Assembly (NCBI GenBank): GCA_024695505.1
Contig: JAILIB010000135.1
Coordinates: forward strand, 19,966-83,965
Direction: 5' to 3'
From: Saccharofermentans sp.
GTDB taxonomy: Bacteria > Bacillota > Clostridia > Saccharofermentanales > Saccharofermentanaceae
DNA: 64,000 bases
The notes beneath the pieces are model-generated. The model was not told the origin of the DNA and did no database searches. It worked only from the letters and a program-made list of their open reading frames with translations. A program made the translations under genes and the position numbers. This document shows, piece after piece, positions 48,283 to 57,999 of this stretch. Position 1 is the first letter of the stretch, and each line of letters starts with the position of its first letter.

Positions 48283-48605
48283 AAAATACGTTTTTAAATA
48301 CGTTTGCATACGTACTCTTAAACGCATTTTCGGCCTTTTTCGGGCGATTTTAAGTTTGTGAATGCGTTTATTAACGTATTGAAAAACGTATTTATCTGTC
48401 CGGCAGAAACTTTGATACTAAAGTTGGTATTTTCCCGTTTAAAAACCCGTTACGTAACGGGAAACTAAACGGGATTTTGAAGTGCCCGGAAAAACTATGG
48501 TAAAACATATGGTCTGAGCCATACTTTTTACCATAGAAATCCCCTCAAGACCTCGAAAACTATGGCAAAACATATGGCCTAAGCCATACTTTTTACCATA
48601 CTTTT
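48283..48605. repeat. Cluster of five four-core palindromic modules (2 TACG, 1 CCGTT, 2 TATGG type)
   Basis: Centres at 48306.5, 48370.5, 48453.5, 48515.5 and 48580.5; all show 12-10-12 core spacing. Confidence 0.88.
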
Positions 48606-48783
48606 TGCTGTTCGTTGAATTCATCAGCATTCCCAACTCCGCGGATACCGGAAATTCCGGGCAAAAGCAGCTTAGTCTGACTCCTGAACTTGTTGTAAGC
48701 GGGCTGCCGGATCATGAATAACAGAGCCTTTTCCCACTCCGAAAATTTTTTTAACAAATTTCCGTAAAATTACAAAATTCCCC

Positions 48784-48812
48784 TTGCATTAAAAGAATGT
48801 TACGAATAAAAT
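48784..48812 (+). promoter_or_regulatory. Sigma-A promoter of the mraZ/dcw operon
   Basis: TTGCAT-17 bp-TAAAAT. Confidence 0.7.
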
Positions 48813-48820
48813 ACAGTTGT

Positions 48821-48867
48821 GTGGTGATTCGGGGAGATATTTCCCATACTGGTGGAGGAAAGTGGTT
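48821..48867 (+). promoter_or_regulatory. MraZ-binding repeats
   Basis: GTGGTG 48821, GGGGAG 48831, GTGGAG 48852, GTGGTT 48862; pairs 10 bp apart, like the GTGG[AT]G MraZ repeats of Bacillus. Confidence 0.65.
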
Positions 48868-48918
48868 GATTTCGGCCGCGATGCCTCCTATTACCACAAA
48901 TAAAGCAGAGAGTATCAG

Positions 48919-49350
48919 ATGAGAGACATTAAAAAGGTAGACGCAAAGGGGAGATTTTTCATCCCTGCAAAGCAAAAGGAATTGCTCGGCGCCGAGGTCG
49001 TTGTAACAAACAGCCTTGATGTCGGCTATCTGTGCGTTTACACGAAGGAGCATTTTGAGAATGTCGTTAAGCCCCAGTTTGCCAAGCTCAACATGATGGA
49101 TGCCAATGCACGTAAGATCAAGAGGGCGATCATCGGTGAGGCTTACGAAGTTAATGTTGATTCTCAGGGCAGGATCTCCGTTAACGTTGAACTCTGGGAC
49201 AGTATCGGTGCCAAGCCGGGCGACGAGATCTGCGTATTTAATGATGAAGGCAAGTTAGACATCTGCACTAAGAAATTCTATGACAATGAGGATCACGACC
49301 TCAGCAGCATAGAAGGATTGGAGACGAAGTATTATGTTGAAGGTCTCTGA
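48919..49350 (+). CDS. mraZ: Transcriptional regulator MraZ (diverged)
   Basis: Two DxxGR motifs (DAKGRFFIP, DSQGRI); directly before rsmH. Confidence 0.88.
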   Translation: MRDIKKVDAKGRFFIPAKQKELLGAEVVVTNSLDVGYLCVYTKEHFENVVKPQFAKLNMMDANARKIKRAIIGEAYEVNVDSQGRISVNVELWDSIGAKPGDEICVFNDEGKLDICTKKFYDNEDHDLSSIEGLETKYYVEGL

Positions 49351-50302
49351 TTTTGACCACATTCCGGTACTGCTTTATCAGACGGTCGACGCTCTTAACG
49401 TCAGACCCGGCGGAATCTATGTAGATTGTACTGCCGGGGGCGGTTCGCACAGTGCGGAGATTGCGCGGAGAATGAAGGGGCAGGGAATCCTTGTTTCTAT
49501 TGATAAAGATGATGCTGCACTTGCTGCATGCATGGAGAGAAGAGAAGATTTTGCAGGGATCGACTGGATGCCTGTCAAGTCGGATTACAGAGATATCGAT
49601 GACATTATCCGCAGCCTTAAGATCGGTAAGGTTGACGGCATCATGGCTGATCTCGGCGTTTCTTCGTATCAGCTCGATACTGCTGAGAGAGGCTTCTCAT
49701 ACATGAAGAACGGTCCTCTCGATATGAGAATGGATCCGAATGAGTGGCTGACAGCTGCAGAAGTAGTAAATAAGTATTCGAGAGACGAACTCGAGAGGAT
49801 ATTCAGAGATTACGGCGAAGAGCGTCATGCAGGAAGGATTGCTGACGGCATCGTTGAGAGAAGAAAGACAAAGCCTTTCTCAAGGACCACGGAACTCGCA
49901 GCAGCGATCAAGGAATATATGCCCGGTCACGGAAGCGGTGAGGACCAGCATCCGGCAAAGAGATGCTTCCAGGCTATAAGGATCGAAGTTAACCACGAAT
50001 TGTCAGGTCTTGAGACTTTGCTTCAGGACGGAATCAGAAAGCTTAAGCCTGAGGGAAGATTCTGTGTTATCTCATTCCATTCGCTGGAAGACCGGATCGT
50101 AAAGGAAGCATTCAGGACGGCTGAGAGCCCCTGCACATGTCCCCGTGATTTTCCCGTATGCGTTTGCGGCAAGAAGTCACTCGGAACGGTTATTACTAAA
50201 AAACCGGTTGAGCCTACTGAAGAAGAGATCGAATTTAATCCTCGGTCACGGAGTTCTAAGCTCAGAGTGTTTGAGAGGAACGACAACGAACAATACAACT
50301 AA
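49334..50302 (+). CDS. rsmH: 16S rRNA m4C1402 methyltransferase
   Basis: HIPVL, D.T.G.G.H, DLGVSS.QLD..ERGFS, PLDMRM, FQAIRI.VN, SFHSLEDR, NPRSRS.KLR. Confidence 0.97.
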   Translation: MLKVSDFDHIPVLLYQTVDALNVRPGGIYVDCTAGGGSHSAEIARRMKGQGILVSIDKDDAALAACMERREDFAGIDWMPVKSDYRDIDDIIRSLKIGKVDGIMADLGVSSYQLDTAERGFSYMKNGPLDMRMDPNEWLTAAEVVNKYSRDELERIFRDYGEERHAGRIADGIVERRKTKPFSRTTELAAAIKEYMPGHGSGEDQHPAKRCFQAIRIEVNHELSGLETLLQDGIRKLKPEGRFCVISFHSLEDRIVKEAFRTAESPCTCPRDFPVCVCGKKSLGTVITKKPVEPTEEEIEFNPRSRSSKLRVFERNDNEQYN

Positions 50303-50330
50303 TTGATCATTTGAGGAAAGAAGTAAGGTA

Positions 50331-51011
50331 ATGGCAGTAGTATCAAGAAGAAAAGCGAATAGCTTTGAAGTCGGAGCGCGGGACGAGACGCTCGACGAGG
50401 TACTGTCTGCGGGTAAGACAAACCTTACGCTCAAAGACGGTGAAGTTGTTGCAAACGAGACATTATTGATCGAAGAAGAACCCTACGAATCACTGGAGAT
50501 CGAGCCTGAGACTGAGTTCGTATCTTATGAGGACGTTCATGAGAGAACTGTCCAGTATGCTATGGAACATGAGAGCAAGGATTATATCCTCGAACGGAAG
50601 AGGAAGAACAGAAAACTTTACAGAAGGAAGTTTTTCGAGACGATCGTAGCGATCGGACTCGTTATCCTCATGGGATTTTTGGTAATGCTCCTGCTCTATC
50701 CCCAGACGGAAATCTCGGAACTTGCAAGAGACAATTCCAATCTCAAGGACCAGATCAATACGACAAAACGTGAGATCGTAAATGCAGAAGAGAATGCCAA
50801 CGGCGTAACCGACATGGATATGATCCGTGCGCAGGCATTAGCTCTCGGAATGCAGGATCCTAACCAGAATCAGGTAGTAAACTTACCCGTTCCCAATACC
50901 GACTCTCTCCGTACGAGAACTAACTATAACTCCGAAGGAATCAACGAAGACGCGTATAATGATTCCAAGGATGCTTTGGCTGACTACTATGCCTCACATC
51001 CCGACCAGTAA
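50331..51011 (+). CDS. FtsL-like cell division protein with a long cytoplasmic N-terminus
   Basis: Position between rsmH and pbp; basic patch, TM, coiled coil, I...A..LGM..P. Confidence 0.7.
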   Translation: MAVVSRRKANSFEVGARDETLDEVLSAGKTNLTLKDGEVVANETLLIEEEPYESLEIEPETEFVSYEDVHERTVQYAMEHESKDYILERKRKNRKLYRRKFFETIVAIGLVILMGFLVMLLLYPQTEISELARDNSNLKDQINTTKREIVNAEENANGVTDMDMIRAQALALGMQDPNQNQVVNLPVPNTDSLRTRTNYNSEGINEDAYNDSKDALADYYASHPDQ

Positions 51012-53469
51012 TAACAAGGGCCCGGTGAAGGGCTCGAAAATATTACGCAAAGAGGAGAGCGCGCAGGAGTCACAGGAGAAGGAAGCACGTCCGTCCAAGA
51101 AGGAGACGAACCACATATCCCGTAACTTTGCGAAGGTCTGGATCGGCGTTGTTGCCGTGCTGGTAGTCTTATACTCTTTCTATCTCGTATATGACCTCTA
51201 CAAGACGACCGTAACCGATTACGACAAGTATGCCAGAGCTGCTGCAGATGAGCAGTGGACTCTTATGACATATGCCGCCAACAGGGGAATGATATACGAT
51301 GCAAACGGCGTTCCTCTTGCATCTAATACATACGACTATACGGTTATCTGTTCACCTAAGATGGTAACCTCCACCGATCTTACCAGAGAACAGATAATAG
51401 AAGCTGCCGTATCTTATCTCGGAGTCACATATGAGAAGATGGATTCGATTATTCCCGTCGATCCGACGGACAAGAACGATTCCAGGAATGATGTCGAAGG
51501 ATGCGACATCACTAAGAATGTTCCGATCGAGACAAAGGAAGCTTTTGAGCAATACCTGAAGGATAACAAGGTCAAGGGCTTCGGATTCGTTGCCGTTCCG
51601 CAGAGATATTACAACTACGGAAGCCTCGCATCCCAGGTTATCGGCTATGCAAAAAATGACGGTGTGAGCCTCAACGGTCTTTATGGTCTCGAAGCTTACT
51701 ACAATGATGTTTTATCCGGTGAAGACGGATACAGATATTCTGAGACGGACGAGATCACGGGCGGCGTACTGCCTTATTCTGATGCGACATCCATACCGGT
51801 TTCTGACGGCAACAACATAGTTACCAATATCGATATCAGTATCCAGAGGATCGCAGAAGAAGCTGCGAAGGAAGCATATGAGAAGTACGATCCGATCGAC
51901 GGCGTCTGCGCCATTGTTATGAACCCTTATACGGGTGCTATCTATGCGATGGTGTCTCTACCAAATTATGACTGTAATGATCCTTATGCAATGCCTTCAA
52001 ATCTGGGCATTGATGAGTGGAGTCTGATGACATCTGATGAACAGGTGCAGTATGTAATGGGTAACTGCTGGCGTAACAGATGCGTATCAGATACTTACGA
52101 GCCGGGCTCAACATTCAAGTCGCTTACGACATGCATGGCGTTTGAGGAAAACCTTGCGAGTGAACAGGACCAGTTCAGTGATGAGCCTATAGCGATCTCA
52201 TCGACACACACGATCTCATGCTGGCTCCAGAAATCAGGCGGTTACAATCACGGGTGGGAGACATTGGAGAAAGCATTCCAGAACTCCTGCAACCCTATAT
52301 TTACGCAGCTTGCGTATAAGATCGGACTGGAGAAATACTATTCTTACGTCCGCATGCTCGGATTCTATGACAAGACCGGAATCGATCTTCCTGCTGAAGG
52401 TAAGGGTATCTTCCACAGCGAGCCTACAACGGTCGATATGGCGGTTCTTGCTTACGGCGAGTCTTCGACGGTAACACCGATCCAGCTGATCACTTCTTAC
52501 TGCGCCATCATCAACGGCGGTGATCTTCTTGTTCCGCACGTTGTTAAGTATATTACTGACCCTGACGGAAACATTATTGACGAGATCGAACCTGAAGTTG
52601 TGCGTACGGTCTTCTCAGAAGAAACTTGCAGCAGAGTAAGGACCCTGATGGAAGGCGTTGTATCAGACGGTACCGGTTCAGCAGGTAAGGTAGCGGGATA
52701 CTCCGTAGCCGGCAAGACATCTACATCCACGATCGATGTCGGTGAGCTCAAGGGTGCGCACGTGCTCTCATTCTCATGCTATGCACCTTCTTACGATCCT
52801 AAGATCGCCGTTCTTGTCGTAATCAACAAGCCCAGAGACCACTCGGTCGGTTCATCTTCTGCGGCTTCCACTGCTGCAAAGATAGTTGAAGGAACGCTCT
52901 CGTACATGGGCGTGGAGAGAAGATTTACGACCGAAGAATACGACCAGCTCCTCAAGGAATGGTACGTTCAGGAGGTTGAAGGAATGACCGCTGCACAGGC
53001 AGCTTCAAGAATATCCATCAACGGTCTTTCGACACTCTACGGGACAATGGATATGACATCAGATACCATAATTGCCACGACCCATCCGGACTATACGCAC
53101 ACGCTCTATAAGACCGGTATTGTAGTTCTTTATCCTGCGGGCGTAACAAAGGATGAGTGGCTTACAACGAGAGTTCCGAACATGACAGGAATGTCGGCAA
53201 TCGAATGTATCGAGGCTTGTCTCAAGGTCAATCTGAACTGTAAGATCAGCGGAGACAGTGACATTGAAGGTCTCTGCATCGACCAGAGTGTGGCTGCGGG
53301 TTCGACTGTCTATGCGGGTGACATTATAATTGTCACGCTCTCGGAAACAGTCTCGCCGACTTATACGGATACCGCGGAGACCACTGTCAGTAATGACAGC
53401 GGAGGAACAAATGAGGACGGAAGAATAGATGCTCTTCCTCCTGAAGACCAGGATGACGAAGATGATTAA
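50989..53469 (+). CDS. Class B penicillin-binding protein (FtsI/SpoVD-like) with PASTA-like domains
   Basis: RG.IYD.NG, R.Y, GLE..YN..L.G, EPGSTFK (SxxK), SCN (SxN), KTS at motif 3; start uncertain. Confidence 0.9.
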   Translation: MPHIPTSNNKGPVKGSKILRKEESAQESQEKEARPSKKETNHISRNFAKVWIGVVAVLVVLYSFYLVYDLYKTTVTDYDKYARAAADEQWTLMTYAANRGMIYDANGVPLASNTYDYTVICSPKMVTSTDLTREQIIEAAVSYLGVTYEKMDSIIPVDPTDKNDSRNDVEGCDITKNVPIETKEAFEQYLKDNKVKGFGFVAVPQRYYNYGSLASQVIGYAKNDGVSLNGLYGLEAYYNDVLSGEDGYRYSETDEITGGVLPYSDATSIPVSDGNNIVTNIDISIQRIAEEAAKEAYEKYDPIDGVCAIVMNPYTGAIYAMVSLPNYDCNDPYAMPSNLGIDEWSLMTSDEQVQYVMGNCWRNRCVSDTYEPGSTFKSLTTCMAFEENLASEQDQFSDEPIAISSTHTISCWLQKSGGYNHGWETLEKAFQNSCNPIFTQLAYKIGLEKYYSYVRMLGFYDKTGIDLPAEGKGIFHSEPTTVDMAVLAYGESSTVTPIQLITSYCAIINGGDLLVPHVVKYITDPDGNIIDEIEPEVVRTVFSEETCSRVRTLMEGVVSDGTGSAGKVAGYSVAGKTSTSTIDVGELKGAHVLSFSCYAPSYDPKIAVLVVINKPRDHSVGSSSAASTAAKIVEGTLSYMGVERRFTTEEYDQLLKEWYVQEVEGMTAAQAASRISINGLSTLYGTMDMTSDTIIATTHPDYTHTLYKTGIVVLYPAGVTKDEWLTTRVPNMTGMSAIECIEACLKVNLNCKISGDSDIEGLCIDQSVAAGSTVYAGDIIIVTLSETVSPTYTDTAETTVSNDSGGTNEDGRIDALPPEDQDDEDD

Positions 53470-53604
53470 GTAGGCCGGCGCACAAACATACGATGCGCCG
53501 TGCTTATATTTTCATTCTTTTTGCCACATAAGATTACGGGCATTTTGTTTTAATATATTGTCGGTCTTAGGACTAATGAATAAAACGGAAAAAGGAAGTA
53601 AGAG

Positions 53605-56568
53605 ATGCTGCTTAAAAGCGTTCTTGAAAACATCGAATACAGACTCATTTCCGGTGATCTTAACAAGGAGATCACTTCTGTAGAATACGATTCGCGTAAG
53701 GTAAATGGCGGCTCGCTCTTTGTGTGCGTCAAGGGCTTTACCGTTGACGGCCATTCTTTTGCTGTTAAGGCTGCAGAGCAGGGTGCAGGCGCGATCGTTA
53801 TCGACAGTACCAGAGACGGATACTCCGAAGAAGAATTAATTGATCAGACACGTGGATACGACCCGGCAATAATTGAGATCAGAGATACGCATAAGCATCT
53901 GTCTGACTTGTGTGCCAATTTCTATGATCACCCCGAGAATAAACTCGCCGTTTACGGTATTACCGGAACAAAGGGTAAGACAACAACGGCATTTATGCTG
54001 AGGGAGATCTTCCTTAAGAGCGGCCATGAGACCGGACTTATCGGAACCGTGTGCAACATCATCGGAAACGAGAAGATCCACGCAGCTCACACAACACCGG
54101 AATCAAGGGATCTGTATGAGATGATGAATTCGCTCGTAGAGAAAAATTCTGATTCACTGGTAATGGAAGTCTCATCGCAGGGCCTTAAGCTCGACAGGGT
54201 AAGAGGAATCAGATATAAGACAGCTGCTTTCACTAATCTTTACGAAGATCACATCGCTCCCAATGAGCATCCTGATATGGAAGATTATATCTCCTGCAAA
54301 CTTAATATCTTCGATAACTGCGATAAGGGAATCCTAAATGCAGACTGCAGTGCGGCAGATAGGGTAATTGATTACTGCAAGGGCAAAACGGACCTTATTA
54401 CATACAGCATCGGCGGCAAAGCAGACTTCGTTGCAAAGAACTTAAGGCCTGACAGAAGAGGTCATGTTACGGGTACTGTTTTCGAGCTCGATTCGGAGTA
54501 TTACAAGGGAGACATCTTTGTTGCCCTCCCCGGAAAATTCAATGTTTATAATGCACTCTGCGCGCTCTGCACTTCATATCTCGAAGGCATTGATATCGAA
54601 GCTGCGAAAAAGGCTCTCGAGACCATCTCGGTACCCGGAAGAATGCAGCCCGTTGAGAATGAATTCGGCGTAAATATCCTTGTCGATTATGCGCATAACG
54701 CGGCAGCTCTTGAGAGTGTTTTGAACACACTCAAGGAATATACGGAAGGCAGGATAATAACTGTCTTCGGATGCGGCGGAAACCGTTCGAGGACCAGACG
54801 TTTTGAGATGGGTGAAGTATCCGGCAATCTGTCTGACTTTACCATCATTACATCTGACAACCCGCGAAAAGAAGAACCTGATGCGATCATCGAAGATATC
54901 GTTACGGGAATATCCAAGACCAAAGGATATTATGAGATCGAACCTGACAGAAGCGAAGCTATTCAGTTTGCTGTTAATATCGCCAGAAAAGGCGATACTG
55001 TTCTCATCGCAGGAAAAGGCCATGAGGACTATCAGATCTTTGCTGATAAGACGATACATTTTGACGACTGCGAACATGCTGCAGACGCAGTAATTGCAAG
55101 GAAAAACAAGAAGGCTAAGTTTACTTTGGAAGAAGTGAAGAAAGCCGTCGGCGGCAGAATCGTATACAAAGTTGAAGATAATGTTTTCGCGACTTCGATC
55201 GAAGTAAAAGGCGTTTCCACAGATACCAGAACCATCCAGCAGGACGACATATTCTTTGCTCTTCCCGGTGAGAATTTCGACGCCAATAAATTCCTCGGAG
55301 ACGCAATAAAATATGGTGCCTGCGCAGTCGTAACAAATGATGAGAGCAGAGTTCCCGACGGCGCTGTTGCGATCATCGTTGACAATACTGTCGATGCGTT
55401 GGGAGCACTTGCAAAACACTACAGGTTTAAGCTCGGATGCAAGGTCATCGGAGTAACGGGTTCAGTAGGAAAAACATCTACAAGGACCATGATCAGTGAA
55501 GTCCTGAAGACAGGTCTTAAGGTCCATTCGACAAAGAAGAACAACAACAATGAGATTGGCATGAGCAAGACCATTCTTACTGCTCCTGAGGATTCGGAAG
55601 TCATTGTTGTAGAGATGGGAATGAGAGGATTAGGTCAGATCTCTTATCTTACCAAGATCGCAAGACCTGACATTGCGATAATCACAAATGTCGGTTATTC
55701 GCACATCGAGATACTCGAGACCAAAGAGAATATCATGAAGGCCAAGATGGAGATCTGCGAAGGTCTCACGGACGGCGGAATCGTAGCAGTAAACAGCGAT
55801 GACGAGAGGCTCTTCGACAAATGTGTTAAGGAGCTCCCCATCAACAATCTCATTGCAGGGATCCAGGTAAGAGAAAACGACGGACTTCCCTGTCCTCTTG
55901 TTGTTTCTGCTTACAATGTCAGAGAGACTGATACCGGCATGGCATTCGGCGTTGCGCTTACGAGAATGGGCAACAAATCCGAGTTCAAGGAAACTCTCGA
56001 GATAAAAATGTATGGTGAGAGCTATATCAGAAATGCGCTCTTTGCGATCTTCTGTGCTTATCAGATGGGCATAACTAATACACCCGGGATGCAGAAGAAG
56101 ATAGCTGAGACTATCAGCAGCAAGAGTGCCATGGACGGCAGAGGAGCGATCACCTGGACTGAGAAATATATCGTCATGAATGACGCATATAATGCATCTC
56201 CTGAATCAATGGAGAATGCGTTCCTCAACTTCTACAAGAAGACTAAGGGACACCGCAGAGTCCTTGCATTAGGAGGTATGTTAGAGCTCGGAAAACAGGC
56301 TTCGGGTCTTCATGAGAACACGGGCAGGGCATGTGCCCAGTATGACTTCGACAGAGTGTTCGTTACAGGTGATAACGCAGATGATTTTATCAGGGGCGCT
56401 CACATGGTCAACATGAAGCTCGAGATAGTGAAGTGCAAAGATACGGAAGATGTCGAGCGGCGTCTTTCCGATTATGTAAGAGACGGTGATGCACTGCTTT
56501 TCAAGGCATCTCACAGTTTCGGTTTTGAGAAGGTTGCAAAAAGATTTATCGAGAAGGGAAGAGCCTGA
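53605..56568 (+). CDS. murE/murF: MurE-MurF fusion ligase
   Basis: MurE: GITGTKGKTT, TTPES, MEVSS, DYAH, SDNPR, AGKGHE. MurF: GVTGSVGKTST, NNEIG, EMGM, NDAYNASPESM, MLELG. No internal stop. Confidence 0.93.
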   Translation: MLLKSVLENIEYRLISGDLNKEITSVEYDSRKVNGGSLFVCVKGFTVDGHSFAVKAAEQGAGAIVIDSTRDGYSEEELIDQTRGYDPAIIEIRDTHKHLSDLCANFYDHPENKLAVYGITGTKGKTTTAFMLREIFLKSGHETGLIGTVCNIIGNEKIHAAHTTPESRDLYEMMNSLVEKNSDSLVMEVSSQGLKLDRVRGIRYKTAAFTNLYEDHIAPNEHPDMEDYISCKLNIFDNCDKGILNADCSAADRVIDYCKGKTDLITYSIGGKADFVAKNLRPDRRGHVTGTVFELDSEYYKGDIFVALPGKFNVYNALCALCTSYLEGIDIEAAKKALETISVPGRMQPVENEFGVNILVDYAHNAAALESVLNTLKEYTEGRIITVFGCGGNRSRTRRFEMGEVSGNLSDFTIITSDNPRKEEPDAIIEDIVTGISKTKGYYEIEPDRSEAIQFAVNIARKGDTVLIAGKGHEDYQIFADKTIHFDDCEHAADAVIARKNKKAKFTLEEVKKAVGGRIVYKVEDNVFATSIEVKGVSTDTRTIQQDDIFFALPGENFDANKFLGDAIKYGACAVVTNDESRVPDGAVAIIVDNTVDALGALAKHYRFKLGCKVIGVTGSVGKTSTRTMISEVLKTGLKVHSTKKNNNNEIGMSKTILTAPEDSEVIVVEMGMRGLGQISYLTKIARPDIAIITNVGYSHIEILETKENIMKAKMEICEGLTDGGIVAVNSDDERLFDKCVKELPINNLIAGIQVRENDGLPCPLVVSAYNVRETDTGMAFGVALTRMGNKSEFKETLEIKMYGESYIRNALFAIFCAYQMGITNTPGMQKKIAETISSKSAMDGRGAITWTEKYIVMNDAYNASPESMENAFLNFYKKTKGHRRVLALGGMLELGKQASGLHENTGRACAQYDFDRVFVTGDNADDFIRGAHMVNMKLEIVKCKDTEDVERRLSDYVRDGDALLFKASHSFGFEKVAKRFIEKGRA

Positions 56569-56571
56569 TAG

Positions 56572-57996
56572 ATGCCGGACCGGAACAGACAGCCAAAGCC
56601 TCATAAACAGGTGAATGAGAAACCTCATGCACCTGCTGAGAACAAGGCCGTTATAACGGATATCGAGAAGCTCATCGAACCGCCTTCAAAGCCGGTAATT
56701 AATGCCGCGAGCATCGAGAAGGCTGTAAGATCTGCTGATATCCCCATGATCCTCATGATCTTTGTTCTGGTCGTATTCGGACTTGTCGTCCTCTATTCGG
56801 TATCAGGACCTGACGCATACGGACAGTTCCAGGATTCCGCGTGGTTCCTCACAAGACAGATAAGATTCACTGTCGTAGGACTTATCGCGATGCTGGCAGT
56901 AGCCTTCATTCCGATAGATTTCTTCTCTCAAAAATGGATCGCCATTGCATCTTATATATTTAGTCTTGGTCTTGCTATTGCAACGCTTGCGATGGGCGTA
57001 GGACGTGAGCACGGTGCGAGCCGCTGGATCAACATCGGACCTATCCAGCTGCAGAGCTCGGAGATCATCAAAGTCGCGTTGATCGTAGCGTTTGCCGGTT
57101 ACCGCGCAATGATCGCAAAGCTTAGGGAGAAAGGCAAGGTAAGACAGCCTAAATCCGATCTGGCAAGAATACTGGTGAATACTGCTGTAGACTTCATCAT
57201 TCCTATCGGATTCTGCGTTCTCGTAGACCTTGTCATCGTTCTTCAGCCTCACGTATCATGCTTCATCATCATCGCTGCCGTTATCTTCATGTGTGCAATC
57301 GTATCTGAGATACCGTTCAAATCCTGGGCGGTAGGAATGCTTATCATGATTCTGTTCGGCGCCGCGTTCGGTTCTGTTGCACTTGCTCTGGCACCTGAAT
57401 CGACACGAGACAGATTCATGAATAACTACGCACACGTTTTCAAGCGTATCCAGATCTTCAGCGCTGACGAGGAAGAGGAGGAAGAAGAGGAAGAAGAGAG
57501 CACTCTTACAAAGGACGATACTCGTCAGGTTGATAACGCTCACAATGCGCTCGGTTCAGGCGGCATGTGGGGCGTGGGACTCGGCAATTCGAGATCTAAA
57601 TACAATTACGTTTCTGAGGCTCAGAACGACTACATATTCTCGATCTACATAGAGGAAACAGGTTTTGTCGGAGGGGTGCTGTTGATGCTCCTCTACCTGG
57701 TAACTTTCGGAATGTGCCTGAGGGTATGCTGGCGGGCCAAAGACGTATTCTCGAGAACCATAGCCACGGGATGTACTGCGCTGATATTCGTCGAAGTTCT
57801 GATGAATATCTCGGTTGAGCTTCAGGTCATACCGGCTACGGGTGTAACGCTTCCGTTCGTAAGCTACGGCGGTACAGCCCAGATCTCGCTTCTTATTGCT
57901 TATGGTTTTATCCTGTCAGTTGCAAGAAGCGGAACTTTACGTGCCTCCAAAAAGAACGAAGAAGCCTCTCAAAAAGAATTAAAGGCAGAGGACTGA
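56572..57996 (+). CDS. ftsW: SEDS protein FtsW
   Basis: GASRWI, Q.SEI.K, GSGG..G.GLG.S, NDYIFSI..EE.G, P.TG.TLPF.SYGG; dcw position. Confidence 0.88.
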   Translation: MPDRNRQPKPHKQVNEKPHAPAENKAVITDIEKLIEPPSKPVINAASIEKAVRSADIPMILMIFVLVVFGLVVLYSVSGPDAYGQFQDSAWFLTRQIRFTVVGLIAMLAVAFIPIDFFSQKWIAIASYIFSLGLAIATLAMGVGREHGASRWINIGPIQLQSSEIIKVALIVAFAGYRAMIAKLREKGKVRQPKSDLARILVNTAVDFIIPIGFCVLVDLVIVLQPHVSCFIIIAAVIFMCAIVSEIPFKSWAVGMLIMILFGAAFGSVALALAPESTRDRFMNNYAHVFKRIQIFSADEEEEEEEEEESTLTKDDTRQVDNAHNALGSGGMWGVGLGNSRSKYNYVSEAQNDYIFSIYIEETGFVGGVLLMLLYLVTFGMCLRVCWRAKDVFSRTIATGCTALIFVEVLMNISVELQVIPATGVTLPFVSYGGTAQISLLIAYGFILSVARSGTLRASKKNEEASQKELKAED

Positions 57997-57999
57997 CAG

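Noticed and set aside
48189-48732. 6S-like RNA or MITE ends from long-range pairing of ggagccggact (about 48237) with agtctgactcc (about 48674)
   Set aside because: The match is short and imperfect, the left part is explained by a terminator, and similar ends are not seen at the other clusters
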